A stretch of DNA of 64,000 bases from the human T2T-CHM13v2.0 reference genome, Homo sapiens. Below are positions 1 through 19,947 of the stretch, piece by piece (within the stretch, counting starts at the first letter, position 1; every line of letters starts with the position of its first letter). A program made the position numbers and the translations under genes. The notes beneath the pieces were generated by a model. The model had not been told where the DNA came from and did not search any database. It saw only the letters and a list, made by a program, of their open reading frames with translations. The DNA lies in assembly GCF_009914755.1 (NCBI RefSeq), contig NC_060947.1. One strand, 5' to 3'.

Positions 1-7560
<7,560 letters not shown>

Positions 7561-9870
7561 CAGTTTTTTGGTTATTTTTTTACATTTTCTGAGGTGTTGT
7601 CTTATGATCACTTATGTGATCGATTTTAGAGTATGTGCCATGTGGCAATAAAAAGAATGTATATTTTGTTGTTTTTGAGTTGAGAGTTCCGCAGATGTCT
7701 ATCAGGTCCATTTTATCTAGTGCTGAGTTTATGTCCTGAATGTCTTTGTTAATTTTGCACTTCTGTGACATAATACTGTCAGTGGTGTGCTGAAGTCTCC
7801 AAAGTAGGAGTGTCTCTTGCAAGGTCTGTAAGAACTTGCTTTATAAGTCTGGGTGTTCCTGTGTTAGGTGCATATACATTTAGAATAGTTAGCTTTTCTC
7901 ATTGAATTGAACCTTTTACTATTATGTAATGCCATTTTTGTCTGTTAAAAATCTTTTTAGATTTAAAGTATGTTTTGTCTGAAATTATGTTTGCCACCCC
8001 TGCTTTTTTCTGTTTTCCTTTTTCTTGGTAGATTTTTCTCCATCTCTTTGAGTCTCTGTCTGCCATTGCATGTGAGGTGGGTGTCTTGAAGACAGCATAC
8101 TAATGGGTCTTAGTTTGTTATCTAGCTTGTCACTCTATGTCTTTAATTGGGGCATTAGCTGACTTACACTCAAGGTTAGTCTTGAAGTGTGTTGATTTGA
8201 TCCTATTATTGTGCTATTAGCTGGTTATTATGTTGGCTTGTTTGTGTTGTTGCTTTACAGTGACATTGGCCTGTGTTTTTAATTGTGTTTTTGTATTAAC
8301 TGGTATTGGTTGGTCTTTTGTTTCTATATTTAGTGCTTCTTTCAAGATCTCTTGTAAGGCACATCTGGTGGTAATGAAGTCTCTCAACATTTGCTTATCA
8401 GAAAATAATCTTAGTTCTCTTTCATTTAGGAAGCTCAATTTAGCTGGATATAGAATTATTGGTTGAAGATTTTTTTCTTTAAGAATGTTGAATATGGGTC
8501 CCCAATTTCTTCTGACTTGCAAGGTTTCAGCTGAGAGGTCTGCTATAAGCCTGATAGAAATCCCTTTGTAGGTGACCTGCCCTTTCTTTCTAGCTGCCTT
8601 TAACATTCTTTCTTTCATTTCAACCTTGGAAAATCCAACAGTTATGTTTCTTGGGGATAATCTTCTTGGGGAGAATCTTGCAGGAGTTATCTGTATTTCC
8701 TGAATTTGACTGTAGGCCTCTATGTCAAGGATGGGAAAGTTTTCACGTATGATATTCTGAAATATATTTTCCAAGTTTGCTTTACCCTTCTTCCATTCAG
8801 GGATGCCAATGATTCATAGCTTTGGTCTCCTTACATAATCCCACACTTCTTGGAGGTTTTGTTCACTCCTTTTTATTTTTTCTTTGTTTTTGTCTAACTA
8901 TACTATTCAGATAACCAGTCTTCAAGTTTTGAGGTTCTTTCCTCTGCTTGGTTTTATTCTTCTGTTTCTACTTGTGACTGCATTGTGAATTCTTGTTATT
9001 CAACTCTGTCATACCCATTAGATTCTTTTTTACTGGCTATTTTATCCTTCAGCTCCTGTATCACTTTATTGTGATTCTTGTTTTCCTTGGATTGGGTTTT
9101 GCCATCCTCCTGAATCTCAATGACCTTTCTTCCTGTCCATATTTTGAATTATATTTCTGTCATTCCAGCCAGTTTGGCCTGATTAGGAACTCTTGTTGAA
9201 GAATGGTGCAGTCATTTGAAGGACATACGACACTCTAGACATTTGAATTACCAAAGTTCTTGCATTGGTTCTCTATTATCTCTGTGTGAGTGTTCCTTTA
9301 ACTACAATGTAAATTAACTACAGTCAATAGAGTTCTTTTCTGGATGTTTTCACTGGGCTGAAGCTTTTTGTAGGGTATTTATTTGAAGCTGACTTTTTAT
9401 CTCTGGTTTCAGTGGGGGGGGGGTATGTTAATGAAGTATTTTTGGTGTTGAAGCTTTGAGGTGTAATCCAGCAGATAACACTTAGGCTTATTGGTCAGTT
9501 GGTAGACTGTTGCTTGGTTGTTTGGCTCCCCTGAGTTTACTAACAGTTGTAGTCATGTTCCTTTTCAGTGCTCTGGAAGTGTGGGTTCCTCTCCCCCTTG
9601 AGTGCTGTCTGTAGTTCACGACTTGTCACTCCTAGGCTGCACATTGCAGCCCTGGGGCAATCTCAGTGTTTATGTTTCTTCCCCAGCTTAAAGACAGCAG
9701 AGGAAGATATCTTTGTACTGGTTGTGGCCAAGGATCATTTGCTTTACTCCTGGGGATTCTACTCTAGACAGATGTAGGTCAGCCTGCTGCTCCCTCTGAG
9801 AGTTCCATCACAGAGAGTTACAGACCTGTTGTTAACCCAGACCCATGTATAGAAGGTGGCTGGAGATGAC
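7561..9870 (-). mobile_element. Old primate L1 (L1P4/L1PA15-16-like): 5'UTR end, ORF1, start of ORF2
   Basis: ORF1 fragment 8217-8774 (IRLIADLSAETLQVRRNWGPIF) and EN fragment 7580-7822 (HGTYSKIDH). Confidence 0.75.
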
Positions 9871-9879
9871 TTGCCTAAA

Positions 9880-10700
9880 CCTCTGTGGTGAATGCTTAGA
9901 GGGAGGCAGGTACATCTGCATCTGCTAGCACTCTGCTGAAGCTGCTGCACTTCATACCCCCAGCACAGTGGACTCCCAATGTTGAGGAGCCAGAGAACAA
10001 CGTCAGAACCCAACACAAGGCCCCCCACAGTTACAGCATGCAGTCAAGTAGTTGGGAGTTGAGCATTGGCTCCCTAAAATCTCCCAGAAACAAAGCCAGA
10101 CATCTGAATCACTTTTATGCCACAATCAAACACTCAAGGTTATCAAATAGGATAAGGGGTGGAAACCATTGAATGGTCAGCAACCTCAAAGACTGAAGGT
10201 AGATAAGCCCACAAAGATGAGAATGAATCTGCACAATAACACTGAAAACTCAAAAAACCAGAATGTCTTCTTTCCTCCAAATGATGGCATCATCTCTCCA
10301 GCAAGGGTTTGGAACCAGGCTGAGGCTGAGATGGCTGAAATTACAGAAGTAAAATTCAGAATGTGGATAGAAATGAAGTTCATTGAGCTACAGGAGTACG
10401 TTGTAACCCGATGCAAGGAAGCTGAAAATTATGATAAAACATTGCAGGAGCTGACCGACAAAATAGCCAGTGTAAAGAAGAACATATCTGACCTCATAAA
10501 GCTTAAAAACACACTACAAGAACTTTATAATGCAACCAAAAGTATTAATAGCAGAATAGACCAAGCAGGGGAAAGAATCTCAGAGCTCGAAGAATGGCTT
10601 TCTGAATAAAGATAGGCAGACAAGAATAGAGAAAAAAGAATGAAAAGGAATGAACAAAACCTGTGAGAAGTATGGAATTATGTAAAGAAACCAAACCTTT
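9880..10700 (+). mobile_element. L1PA13/L1PREC2-like 5'UTR end and ORF1 N-terminal coiled-coil region, opposite in orientation to its neighbours
   Basis: ORF 10169-10609 (INSRIDQAGERISELE) followed by gaatgaacaaaacct...tatgtaaagaaaccaaacct. Confidence 0.8.
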
Positions 10701-13103
10701 ACAGAATAGAGTGTGGAGCCCCTGCTAGAAACTGTGTGTGCTGTTGCACTGGAGGTAGTGTTGGCTTTGGGTGGGGTGCTGGCCTGTGCAGGTCTGGTTC
10801 CCTTCTCTGCCTCACAAGCAAAAATAATTGCTCAGTATGTGGAAGGATCCCGTGTTCTCTGTGCAGTCTCAGCGCAAGGACAGGGTGCTGGCAGGGGTGT
10901 GCTTGATGGCTCTGTGCCTGCCAAAGCTCTGTCAGCAATGGCGGTCAGTGAGGGTGTTGGGTCATACTGCACTCCCACATGCTGGTGAAGCAAGCAAAAC
11001 AAAACCCGCCTGTGCAGAAACACCCTCAAGGTGAGGTGGGGTGTTTTTGTGGGCCCAGAGGAAGCTTCAGTATGGGGAAGAAACGTGTGAGCTGATGCAC
11101 ATCCATAGGGGCCACCTTGCTGGAGCTCTCCGTTTGTCAGGCATAGTCTGCCAGCACGGAAGCCATGGAGTAGGCCCCTAGGGCACCTGAGACTGCCCTG
11201 TAAGCAGGCATGGCCAGGCTGCAGCCTTGGGAGAGCCCAACAAATTGAGCATCAGCCCCATCTGATGTGCAAGGCAGCCCTGCAGAGATCAGGTCTGACA
11301 GTTCCCCTAGGGCTAAAGTATCTTACGGAAGCAAGTAGAGCCTAGAAGGACAGCCAACCCTGGCCATGCTTCACTAAAGATACTCCTGTATCAAAACCTC
11401 TGGGTTTCACATCAGCTGGCTTGCTGCCCCACCACTTTGCTTGTCTCCCGGGGGCTCCACCACAAAGAGATGTGGGTCCGCAATTGTTTGGTGCAATCAG
11501 CCCAGGATAAAAAGTCGGTGATGCAAGCTCGAGCCAGGGTTTCCCTGTCTGGTGATGAACAGTGGGGGCTGTGTGGGTCCCATATGAGATGAACTGGCCT
11601 CCTATCCTTGGGTGCACTGCAGCTTGTTGGACATTGCAGATAAAGCACTTAGGGTCTTTGCTCTGTCATTAGCCTGAGGGTAACAAGGACAGTTCCATTG
11701 CAGATGCAGTGGCAGAGAGGCTTTCAGTTGCCCCTGGAGGCTCTGTCCAGGGAGTTGCAGTTACTACTGGAACCTAGGCCTGAGGGACCTTTTTAGTGAG
11801 GAGATATGGAAATAGGCACCCACATAACACTCTGGCCACTTGTCCGTAAGGCTTCTGTGGTAAGACGGGGATCTGCTCCCGTCCCTAGTCACCAGTGAAG
11901 GCTGTGAAACAGCGAAGATGGCAGCCTGCCCCTCCTTCTGAGAGCTCCATCTCAGGGAGGTGCAGACCTGCTGCCAGCTCAAACACATCTGTAGGAGGTG
12001 GCTGGAGACCCTGGTTGGGAGGTCTCACCCAGTGAGAAGAAATGGGATTGAAAGCGCACTTTAAAAAGCAGTCTGGCCAGGTTTTCATAGAGCAGCTATG
12101 CTGTGCTGGGGGTCTGCTTCAGCCTCCTGTCACCTCAGACACTCCAAAGCCCAAAAGCTGGAATGGTTAAGTCACCCAAATAGCAAAGATGGTGGCAGAA
12201 CCCTCTCTCTAGGAGCTCCATCACAGGGAGGTTTCAAAACTCTGTTGGCCAGGGAGCACCGGCAGGGGTGGTTGGAGGCACCAGTTGGGAGGGTTTCACT
12301 CAGTGAGTAGGAATGGGATTGGGAACTCACTTTAAAAAACAGCCTGGTCACATTTTCACAGAGTAGCTATGCTGGCTGAGAAGACCACCTCTGCCCCCAG
12401 TTGGCTTGGACTCTCCAAAGCCTGAAGGCTGCAATGGCTAAATAGCCCAAACAGCAAAGATGGCTGCCCACCCCCCATGCTGGGATCTCTCTCAGGGAGG
12501 TGTAACATTGCTATCTGTGGCTGTCTGGAAATCCAATCCAGTGGGCCTTATTCTGTGAGGTGCCATGGAAGTGGGGCCTGCAGATTGTTCTGCTCAGCCC
12601 CCTGGATTCAGCCTCTCTCCTAGGGTTATGCTGCACATGAGTCTAGCCTCCTGCTTTGCCAGAGTTGCAGCTAATTTTGCTGGGAAGCCCAGAAAGCCTG
12701 AATATCTAAGGCTCCCATGTCTACACAAGTACCTGATTGGCTGCTCTGCCAAGACTCCACATAGTTCTGTGTGTCATACTGAAGGCCCTGGTGGAGTGGG
12801 TTCATAAAGGAATCTCCCAAGGATTGCAAAGATCTGTGGGAGAAGTTGGGTTTCTAGGGTGGCACATTCACTCAACGCTTCCCTGGGTGGGGGAGATTCC
12901 CTTGTCTCCATGTCGCTCCAGTATGGGCTGTCATTCTGCCTTGCTTTTCTCCATTCTCTGGGCGTCAAGTTGTTTCCTTGATTAGTCCCAATGCGAGTAC
13001 CTGGATGTTTCAGTTGAAGGTGCTGTATTTACTCACCCTTTCTATTTCTCTTCATAAGAGTCATACACACTAGCTGTTTCTAGTCGGCCATCTTGGTCAC
13101 CTC
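10701..13103 (-). mobile_element. Long GC-rich L1 5'UTR (L1PA13/L1PREC2-like) including the element 5' end
   Basis: L1 start motif ccaagatggccgactagaaacagct on the minus strand near 13075-13097; internal ~270-bp repeats. Confidence 0.75.
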
Positions 13104-13172
13104 TGAATGTATGTTGTTTAAGCCATCTAGCCTGTGGTGTTTTGTTTATGGCAGCTCCAGAAAACTAATATA
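13104..13172 (+). mobile_element. 3' end fragment of an MLT1-type MaLR LTR
   Basis: tgttgtttaagccatctagcctgtggtgttttgtttatggcagctccagaaaactaata matches the MLT1 LTR terminus. Confidence 0.7.
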
Positions 13173-13320
13173 GGACTTCATGCCAAAAAAGAAATTCATA
13201 CATTAAAAACTGGTTGACTACATTACACAACATATGCATATAAGAAATCCACACTTCTACTCTCTGAATATATAAAAAATTTTAATAATAATAATAATAG
13301 CTAGCGAAGTAGAATGAGAT

Positions 13321-13702
13321 TGGATTAGTCTACTCAGGCTACCATAACAAAATACTACAAATAGGGTCACTTAAACAACAGACATTTATTTTCTCATGGC
13401 TCTGGAGGCTAGAAGTCCAAGATAAAGATGCCAGGGTTGGTTTCTTATAAGGCCCCTCTTTCTAGATTGTAAATGGCCACCTTTTCTCTATATCCTCACG
13501 TGGCCTTTCTTCTGTACTTGTGGAGAGGAAGTGGATGTCTCTTCTTCTTCTCATATGGACACCAGTTCTTTCTGATTAGGACCCCACTCATATTACCTTG
13601 TTTAGCTTTAATCTCCTTCTTAAAGTCCCTTTCCTCAAATACAGTTGCACTGGGTGTTATGTTTTCAAATATAAATTGTGGAGGGTACAAGTCAGGCCAT
13701 AA
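13321..13702 (-). mobile_element. MLT1A-like MaLR solo LTR
   Basis: ttagtctactcaggctaccataacaaaatac...tctggaggctagaagtccaagat; about 380 bp. Confidence 0.8.
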
Positions 13703-13900
13703 TAGAGGTATATTGTTTAGTTAATAATATTGTTCTAATGTAGGTTTCCTGGTTTTGAAAATGAACCATGGCTTTGTAAGATGTTATCATTGAGGGAAGC
13801 TTGGTGAAGAATACTCTCTGTACAATTTCTGCAATTTTTGTGAGCCTAAAATTATGTCAAAATAAAATGTTTAAAACAAAAATCAAAACAAACAAAATAA
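13703..13900 (+). mobile_element. Ancient L1M (L1MC/MD-like) 3'UTR end with A-rich tail
   Basis: gtaagatgttatcattgagggaagc...aaattatgtcaaaataaaatgtttaaaa. Confidence 0.6.
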
Positions 13901-14134
13901 AGAAAGCCGTATTATAAGAACTCCTGCAGTGTACAATAGTTTGTGTCTTAACTCTTTCTATAATTGTATGGAAATACCATGCAATAATGATATACATAAT
14001 GGTATGAAGAGTTAAAACACAAACTCTCTTATACTGTAGGACCTCTTATAATACAGTTTTCTTAAAGGAACTAATTAAGGAAGCAACTTGACCCACAGAG
14101 AATGGAGGAAAGCAAGGCAGAATAAGGAACCAAA

Positions 14135-14405
14135 GCATGTCAGATTCTGAAACCACAACTTACTGGCTGTATCTGTAACCTTCATCAGTTTACCTAAGCT
14201 TTCTGAACGTCAGCGTCTGTATCTTTAAAATCATGGTATGAAGGGCAGAGAACTTTTCAGGCTATCAAAAAGCTCTGGATCTTTGCCCCATATTTTTGTC
14301 TTCCATTAACTTTAGGTGATTTTTGATGCATTATTTCCTCTCTTTCAGTAAAATAAGGATAATCTCTAACCTGCCCTTCCTCTCAAGGCTGTAGTGAGGA
14401 TCTAG
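14135..14405 (+). mobile_element. Degenerate MIR SINE fragments
   Basis: MIR core-like acttactggctgtatctgtaacc...ttacctaagctttctgaacgtcag and cagtaaaataaggataat...ggctgtagtgaggat. Confidence 0.55.
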
Positions 14406-14970
14406 TAGGTAATACCAGGTATCTGGCTCATTGACATCTTAATCTTGCTTTTAGCATATTTTTCCCCAAGTAGCAAAAATAGAAGACAAGAGACAAGAGG
14501 GGGATGCATTAAGTAACATGTAGGAAGGAGAAGGGGGTAAAGCTGCATGCCAGATGTTTTTTGAGAAATGAAGAAAGTAAGCATTTGACAAGAATGTTCA
14601 GGAAGAAGATTAATCATCTTTTCAGTGTTCCGTGTCCAAAGTGACTGTGTCTGCTTATTTGGCTGGGTCTGATTTCAGAACTAAAGAAACCAGCTTTTTC
14701 ATTAAGGCAGACTGAATGGGAAGGACACACTAGAGCTCCTTGAAGGTTGGCCACTAATAGAGGAAAGATAGAAACGACTGGAATGCCCTTAAAGCAAAAA
14801 GCAGCTGAGGAAAAAACTGTTAAAAGGGAGTATATAAACAGTTTGACCACAAACTACCAGGTTCCGACTTGCTGATAGGGGTGTAAAAATAACCTGTCAG
14901 CTTTGTTTTAAGTGCCAAACAGTGAGTGCTGAAGTGACACGATGACCAGTCAATAGGCACTGTCAGTGCC

Positions 14971-15095
14971 ACTCCTCAAAACCTTTACACGGCTCTCCAT
15001 TGCCTACCAGAAAAGGTAAAAATTACCTTGTGCTGAATGTGAGGCCCTCAGTAAGTTGGCCCAAACTTGTTTTCCAGCCTTCTTTTCCACTGTGT
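14971..15095 (+). mobile_element. L2 fragment
   Basis: ctcaaaacctttacacggctctccattgcctaccag...gaggccctcagtaagttggccc. Confidence 0.55.
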
Positions 15096-15149
15096 CTCAG
15101 ATCCATGAAATCAGATTAATCTATTGACTGCCCCTTCAAAAACCACATT

Positions 15150-15310
15150 CGACTGAAAGTCAGGAGACCTAGATTCTAGTCCTTGCATTCTCATTAACTG
15201 CCCACATAACATTGGAAAAAATAATTTAACCTCTCTAAACCTTGCTTTCTTCCTCTGTTAAATCAGGATAGAAATCGCCACTCTGATGACATCATGCACT
15301 TTTTTGAGGA
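15150..15310 (+). mobile_element. MIR SINE
   Basis: agtcaggagacctagattctagtcct...atttaacctctctaaaccttgctttcttcctctgttaaat. Confidence 0.7.
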
Positions 15311-15539
15311 GTCCAACAACAGATACAAAAGCTCCTAGGAGATCCCAACAGGTTTTAAGCACCAAGTTTCTGTCAACCAAGGCTGTAGCATTCTCATCCA
15401 TGAGGGCACTAAATCTCTCCTACTTATGAAAGAATCCATCTGGGACCAATTATTTCATTATCTGAGCTCTTTGCCTCTTTACCCAGATGTTCTAAGAGAG
15501 TGTGTTTACATTTCTTTTGACCCACCACCCAGACAGATT

Positions 15540-15922
15540 TAATCTCTACCTTCTTTTTCTATGTATCTTCCACAATATTTTATGGCTTCCACTAGCCACT
15601 GTATATTAATTACCTGTTCATGGGTCCGTCTACCCCTCTAGAGTATGGGATGCTCAATGTCAGAAAGTGTAACATATTGAATTTAATACACCCAACACAC
15701 ACTATGCAGTATGTCTCAACAAAGTTTACATTACTGGACTATTGAATTGAATCTCTTCAATATGATGAGACCCTATTTAAACTAATATGGAGATATAAGT
15801 GTTTATTATTATAACATCCATTATACTTAATTGATTTCAACAAATATTTGATTAGAACAAACTACACACAAGGCACAAAGCTAGGTACTAGTTATCCAGC
15901 TATAACAAGACAGAGTTTGCCT
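15540..15922. mobile_element. Two L2 3'-end fragments, tail-to-tail (plus ~15540-15750, minus ~15825-15922)
   Basis: gtctacccctctagagtatgggatgctc...ctcaacaaag and ttcaacaaatatttgattag...aggcacaaagctagg. Confidence 0.5.
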
Positions 15923-15929
15923 TGAACAC

Positions 15930-16084
15930 TGGCTCTCACTCCTGGCTGCACATTGAAATCACTTAGAAAAGCATTTCTTAAATACTAATGTCTAAGCCCC
16001 CACCCCAGGAATTATTGTTTAACTCATCTGGGATACAGGCTGACATTAAAATTTTTAGTGTTCAGCCTAGACTGAGAATCACTA
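15930..16084. mobile_element. MER5-like hAT DNA transposon (MITE)
   Basis: ctggctgcacattgaaatcactt...aatactaatgtctaagcccccacccc...ttcagcctagactgagaatcact. Confidence 0.65.
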
Positions 16085-16179
16085 GTCTTATGGTGGAAAT
16101 AGGCATGACACAAGGAAATATAATGAGTATTTTGAAAGAGGAGGAATGCTACAGGAATTTATTATCTAGTCTTGGGAGT

Positions 16180-16925
16180 GTTGAATTCTATATCCAGCAA
16201 AAATATCCTTCCAGAAAGAAGTGGAAATGGAAACATCCTCAGGTGAAGAAAAATAAATAATTTGTCTTCAGTAGAGCTACCCTAAAAGAAGGGTGAAAAG
16301 AAGTTCTCTAAATAGAAAGAAAATGATGAGAAAAAGAAAGAAATCTTGGAGCCTTAAGAAAGAAAAAGAGACATCAAGAGGGTAAGCACTCTGTCTCCTC
16401 AGGAGTTTTTAAAATTACATTTGATGGTTGAAACATAATTGTAGCTCTCTCTGAGTGGTTCTCAATGTATGCAGAAAAAATATTTAAGACAGTTACAAAC
16501 AAGGGAGGGTGACCCCAGGGTACTTATGCCATAAAAATAAGAATTTATTTCTACAAAAATACCTACACATGATTGTTCATATCAGCTTTATTCTTAATAG
16601 CTAAAAACCTAAAACTAACAAAATGTCCTGCACTAGGTAAAGTATTAGGCAAACAGTGGTGCTGTATGCATAACATAGAATAATCCATAACAATAAAAAA
16701 CAACTACTGATAAATGCAGCAACTTGAATAGATCTGAAGGGCATTATGCTAAGTAAAAAGAGCCAATCCCAAAATGTCACATATAATATGATTCCACTTA
16801 TATAACATCCTCAAAATGGCAAAACTATAGAGATACAGAACACAGATTAATAGTTTATGGAGTCAGAAATGGAGAATGGGAGAGGCGGCTGTGGTTATCA
16901 AAAGGTAACACAAAGACTATTTGTG
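16180..16925 (+). mobile_element. Ancient L1M (L1MC/ME-like) fragments; the 3'UTR continues at 28668-28880 after the nested L1PA
   Basis: aattctatatccagcaaaaatatccttc; ggcattatgctaagtaaaaagagccaatc; joins gatggaaatattctctatcttgat. Confidence 0.65.
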
Positions 16926-19900
16926 GGGGTCAAGATGGCTGACTAGAAACAGTGGTGATCAGAGGCTCCTATCGAAAAGAACCATAATTACCATGTGAAT
17001 ACTTCACCAGCAACCAAGGCATCCGGGTTCTCTTATCAGAACTGACTAAGCAGGTGTCATGATCCATGGAGAGAAAGGAAGAGCAGTGTGGTGTGGCGGC
17101 CCACCTGAGAGCCACATGGTACAGGGGAGCCCCCACCCCCCAGCCAAAGGATACAGTGAATCAGTGTGCTACCCAGCTGGGGAAACAATGCTTTTTCCAA
17201 GGAAATGTGCAACCCATGGATTGGAAGATCTCATCACAACCTCACGTCACTGGGTCCCAGGGTCCCAACCCTGGAGCCATGGAGATTCTAAACAGCCTCT
17301 CAACTGGAACCTGCTTAAGCCTGCCAATCTCCCAGGGAGAGGGACAACCATCACCCTAGCTGCGGCTGCCTGCTGCATAAGCCGTCTGAGCTCCTTGGGT
17401 GAGGGGCAGCAGCCAGCACTGGGACTCATAACTACCTAACACACTAAGCTCCCTGGATGGGGGGGAAGGGGGCATCCATCTCTATAGCTCCAGGCCCTGC
17501 TTCTCCCATGCTGGAGCTAGGGAAGCTAGACGGCTTGGTCCCAAGAGGTATCCCCCACAAACCAACACACCAGCTGTGGCACACTCCAGCCAAAGCACAT
17601 CTTCAAGCCTGACCCTGAACCATCCATCCTCACTGGGTGGGGCTTCCCTGCAGAAACCAATAACTCCAGTCAGAGGCTCAGGGAGAGAACCCAGATCTCC
17701 CTGGGCGTGAGCCTCTAGGGAGAGTGGTGGCCACAGTCTCTGCAGACCAGCAAACTTAGCCTTTCTTCGTGGTAGTTCTGAGGAATCCAGGGCAGCCCAG
17801 ATGAGTGGACTTCCCCCCAGCCAACCACACACCCTCCACCAAGGGACAGTCAAAGTGTCTTGTTAAATGGGTCCTGCTCCCCATGCCACCCAACTTGGTG
17901 ATATCCTCGAACAGGGGTTTTCAGACATTCTATACAGAGGTGATCCTACTGGCATAAGGTTGGTGCCTCTCAAGGTCAGAGATCCCACAAAAAGGAGCAG
18001 GAACCCACCTTTGCTGTTGTCCAGCCTTTTTGAGAGACATCTCCAAGCATGGGGGCAGACCAGATGAATAGGGCATGAAGTAAACCCCCAACAAATCACA
18101 GCAGCACAACAGAAGAGGTAAGTGACCATTGAAAGAAAAATAGACAAGAAAAGATCAACAGTGAGAGCATCAACAATAAAAAAGTCCCCACAAAAACCCC
18201 ATTCAAGGGTCTGCAATCTCAAAGATTGGAACTAGACAAACTCACAAAGATGAGAAAGAATCAACAAAATAATGCTGAAAACCAAAAAGACCAGAGTGTC
18301 TCTTCTCCTCCAAATGGCCACAATGCCTCTCCAGCAAGGGTGCAGGACTGGAAAAAAGATGAGATGGATGAATTGACAGAAGAAGGCTTCAGGAGGTGGG
18401 TAATAAAAAACTCTACTGAGCTAAAGGAGCATGTTCTAACCCAATGCAAATAAGCTAAGAATCTTGATGAAAGGTTAGAGGAGCTGCTAACTAGAATAAC
18501 CAGTTTAGAGAGGAACATAAATAATCTGATGGAGCTGAAAAACACAGCATGAGAAATTTATGAAGCATATGCAAATGTCAATAGCTGAATCAACCAAGCA
18601 AAAGAAAGAATATCAGAGTTTGAAGACCACCTTGCTGAAATAAGTCATGCAGACAAGATTAGAGAAAAAAGAATGAAAAGGGACGATCTAAGCCTCCAAG
18701 AAATATGGGACATAATAAAAAGACTGAAACTATGATTGACTGGAAATGATTGAAGGAGATGGGGAGAATGGAAACAAGCTGGAAAACACACTTCAGGATA
18801 TTATCCAGGAGAACTTCCCCAACCTAACAAGGCAGGCCAACGTGCAAATTCAAGAAATACAGAGAACACCATTAGATACTCCACGAGAAGATCAACCACA
18901 AGACACATAATCATCAGACTGTCCAAGGTTTAAATGAAGGAAACAATATTAAGGGCAACCAGAGAGAAAGGCCGGGTAACCTACAAAGCAAAGCCCATCA
19001 GACTAACAGCAGACCTCTCAGCAGAAAATCTACAAGCCAGAAGAGACTGGGGGCCAATATTAAACATTCTTAAATAAAATAATTTTCAACCCAGAATTTC
19101 ATATTCAGCCAATGTAAGCCTCATAAGCAAAGGAGAAATAAAATCCTTTCCAGACAAGCAAATGCTGAGGGATTTTGTTACTACCAAACCTGCTTTGCTG
19201 AAAGAAGCACTAAATATGGAAAGGAAAAATCAGTACCAGCCACTGCAAAAAAAAACACCAAAATATAAGGACCAATGACACTATGAAGAAACTGCATCAA
19301 CTAGTGTGCAAAATAACCAGATGGCATCATGATGACAGAATCAAATTTACACATAAAAATGCTAAGCTTAAATGCAAATGGATTAAATGCCCCAATTAAA
19401 AGACAGAGACTGGCAAATTGGATAAAGAGTCAAGACCAATCGATGTGCTGTGTTCAGAAGACCCATCTCATGTGCAAAGACACACATAGGCTCAAAATAA
19501 AGGGAAGGAGGAAAATTTACCAAGCAAATGGAAAGCAAAAAAACAGCAGAGGTTGCAATCCTAGTCTCTGACAAAACAGACTTTAAACCAACAAAGATCA
19601 AAAAAGACAAAAAAGGGCTTACATAATGGTAAAGGGCACAATTCAGCAAAAAGAGCTAACTATCCTAAATATATATATATGCACCCATACAGGAGCACCC
19701 AGATTCACAAAACAAGCTTTTAGAGATCTACAAAGAGACTTAGACTCCCACACAATAATAGTGGGAGAGTTTAACACCCCACTGTCAATATTAGACAGCT
19801 CAATGAGACAGAAAGTAAACAAGGATATTCAGAACTTGAACTCAGCTCTGTATAAAGTGGACCTAATATACATCTACAGAACCCTCTACCCCAAATGAAC

Positions 19901-19947
19901 AAAAAATACATTCTTCTCAGTGACACATGGTACTTATTCTAAAATCA

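Noticed and set aside
10699-12985. Cluster of overlapping GC-rich short ORFs or CpG-island gene
   Set aside because: Lies within an old L1 5'UTR, is CpG-depleted and has no recognisable protein
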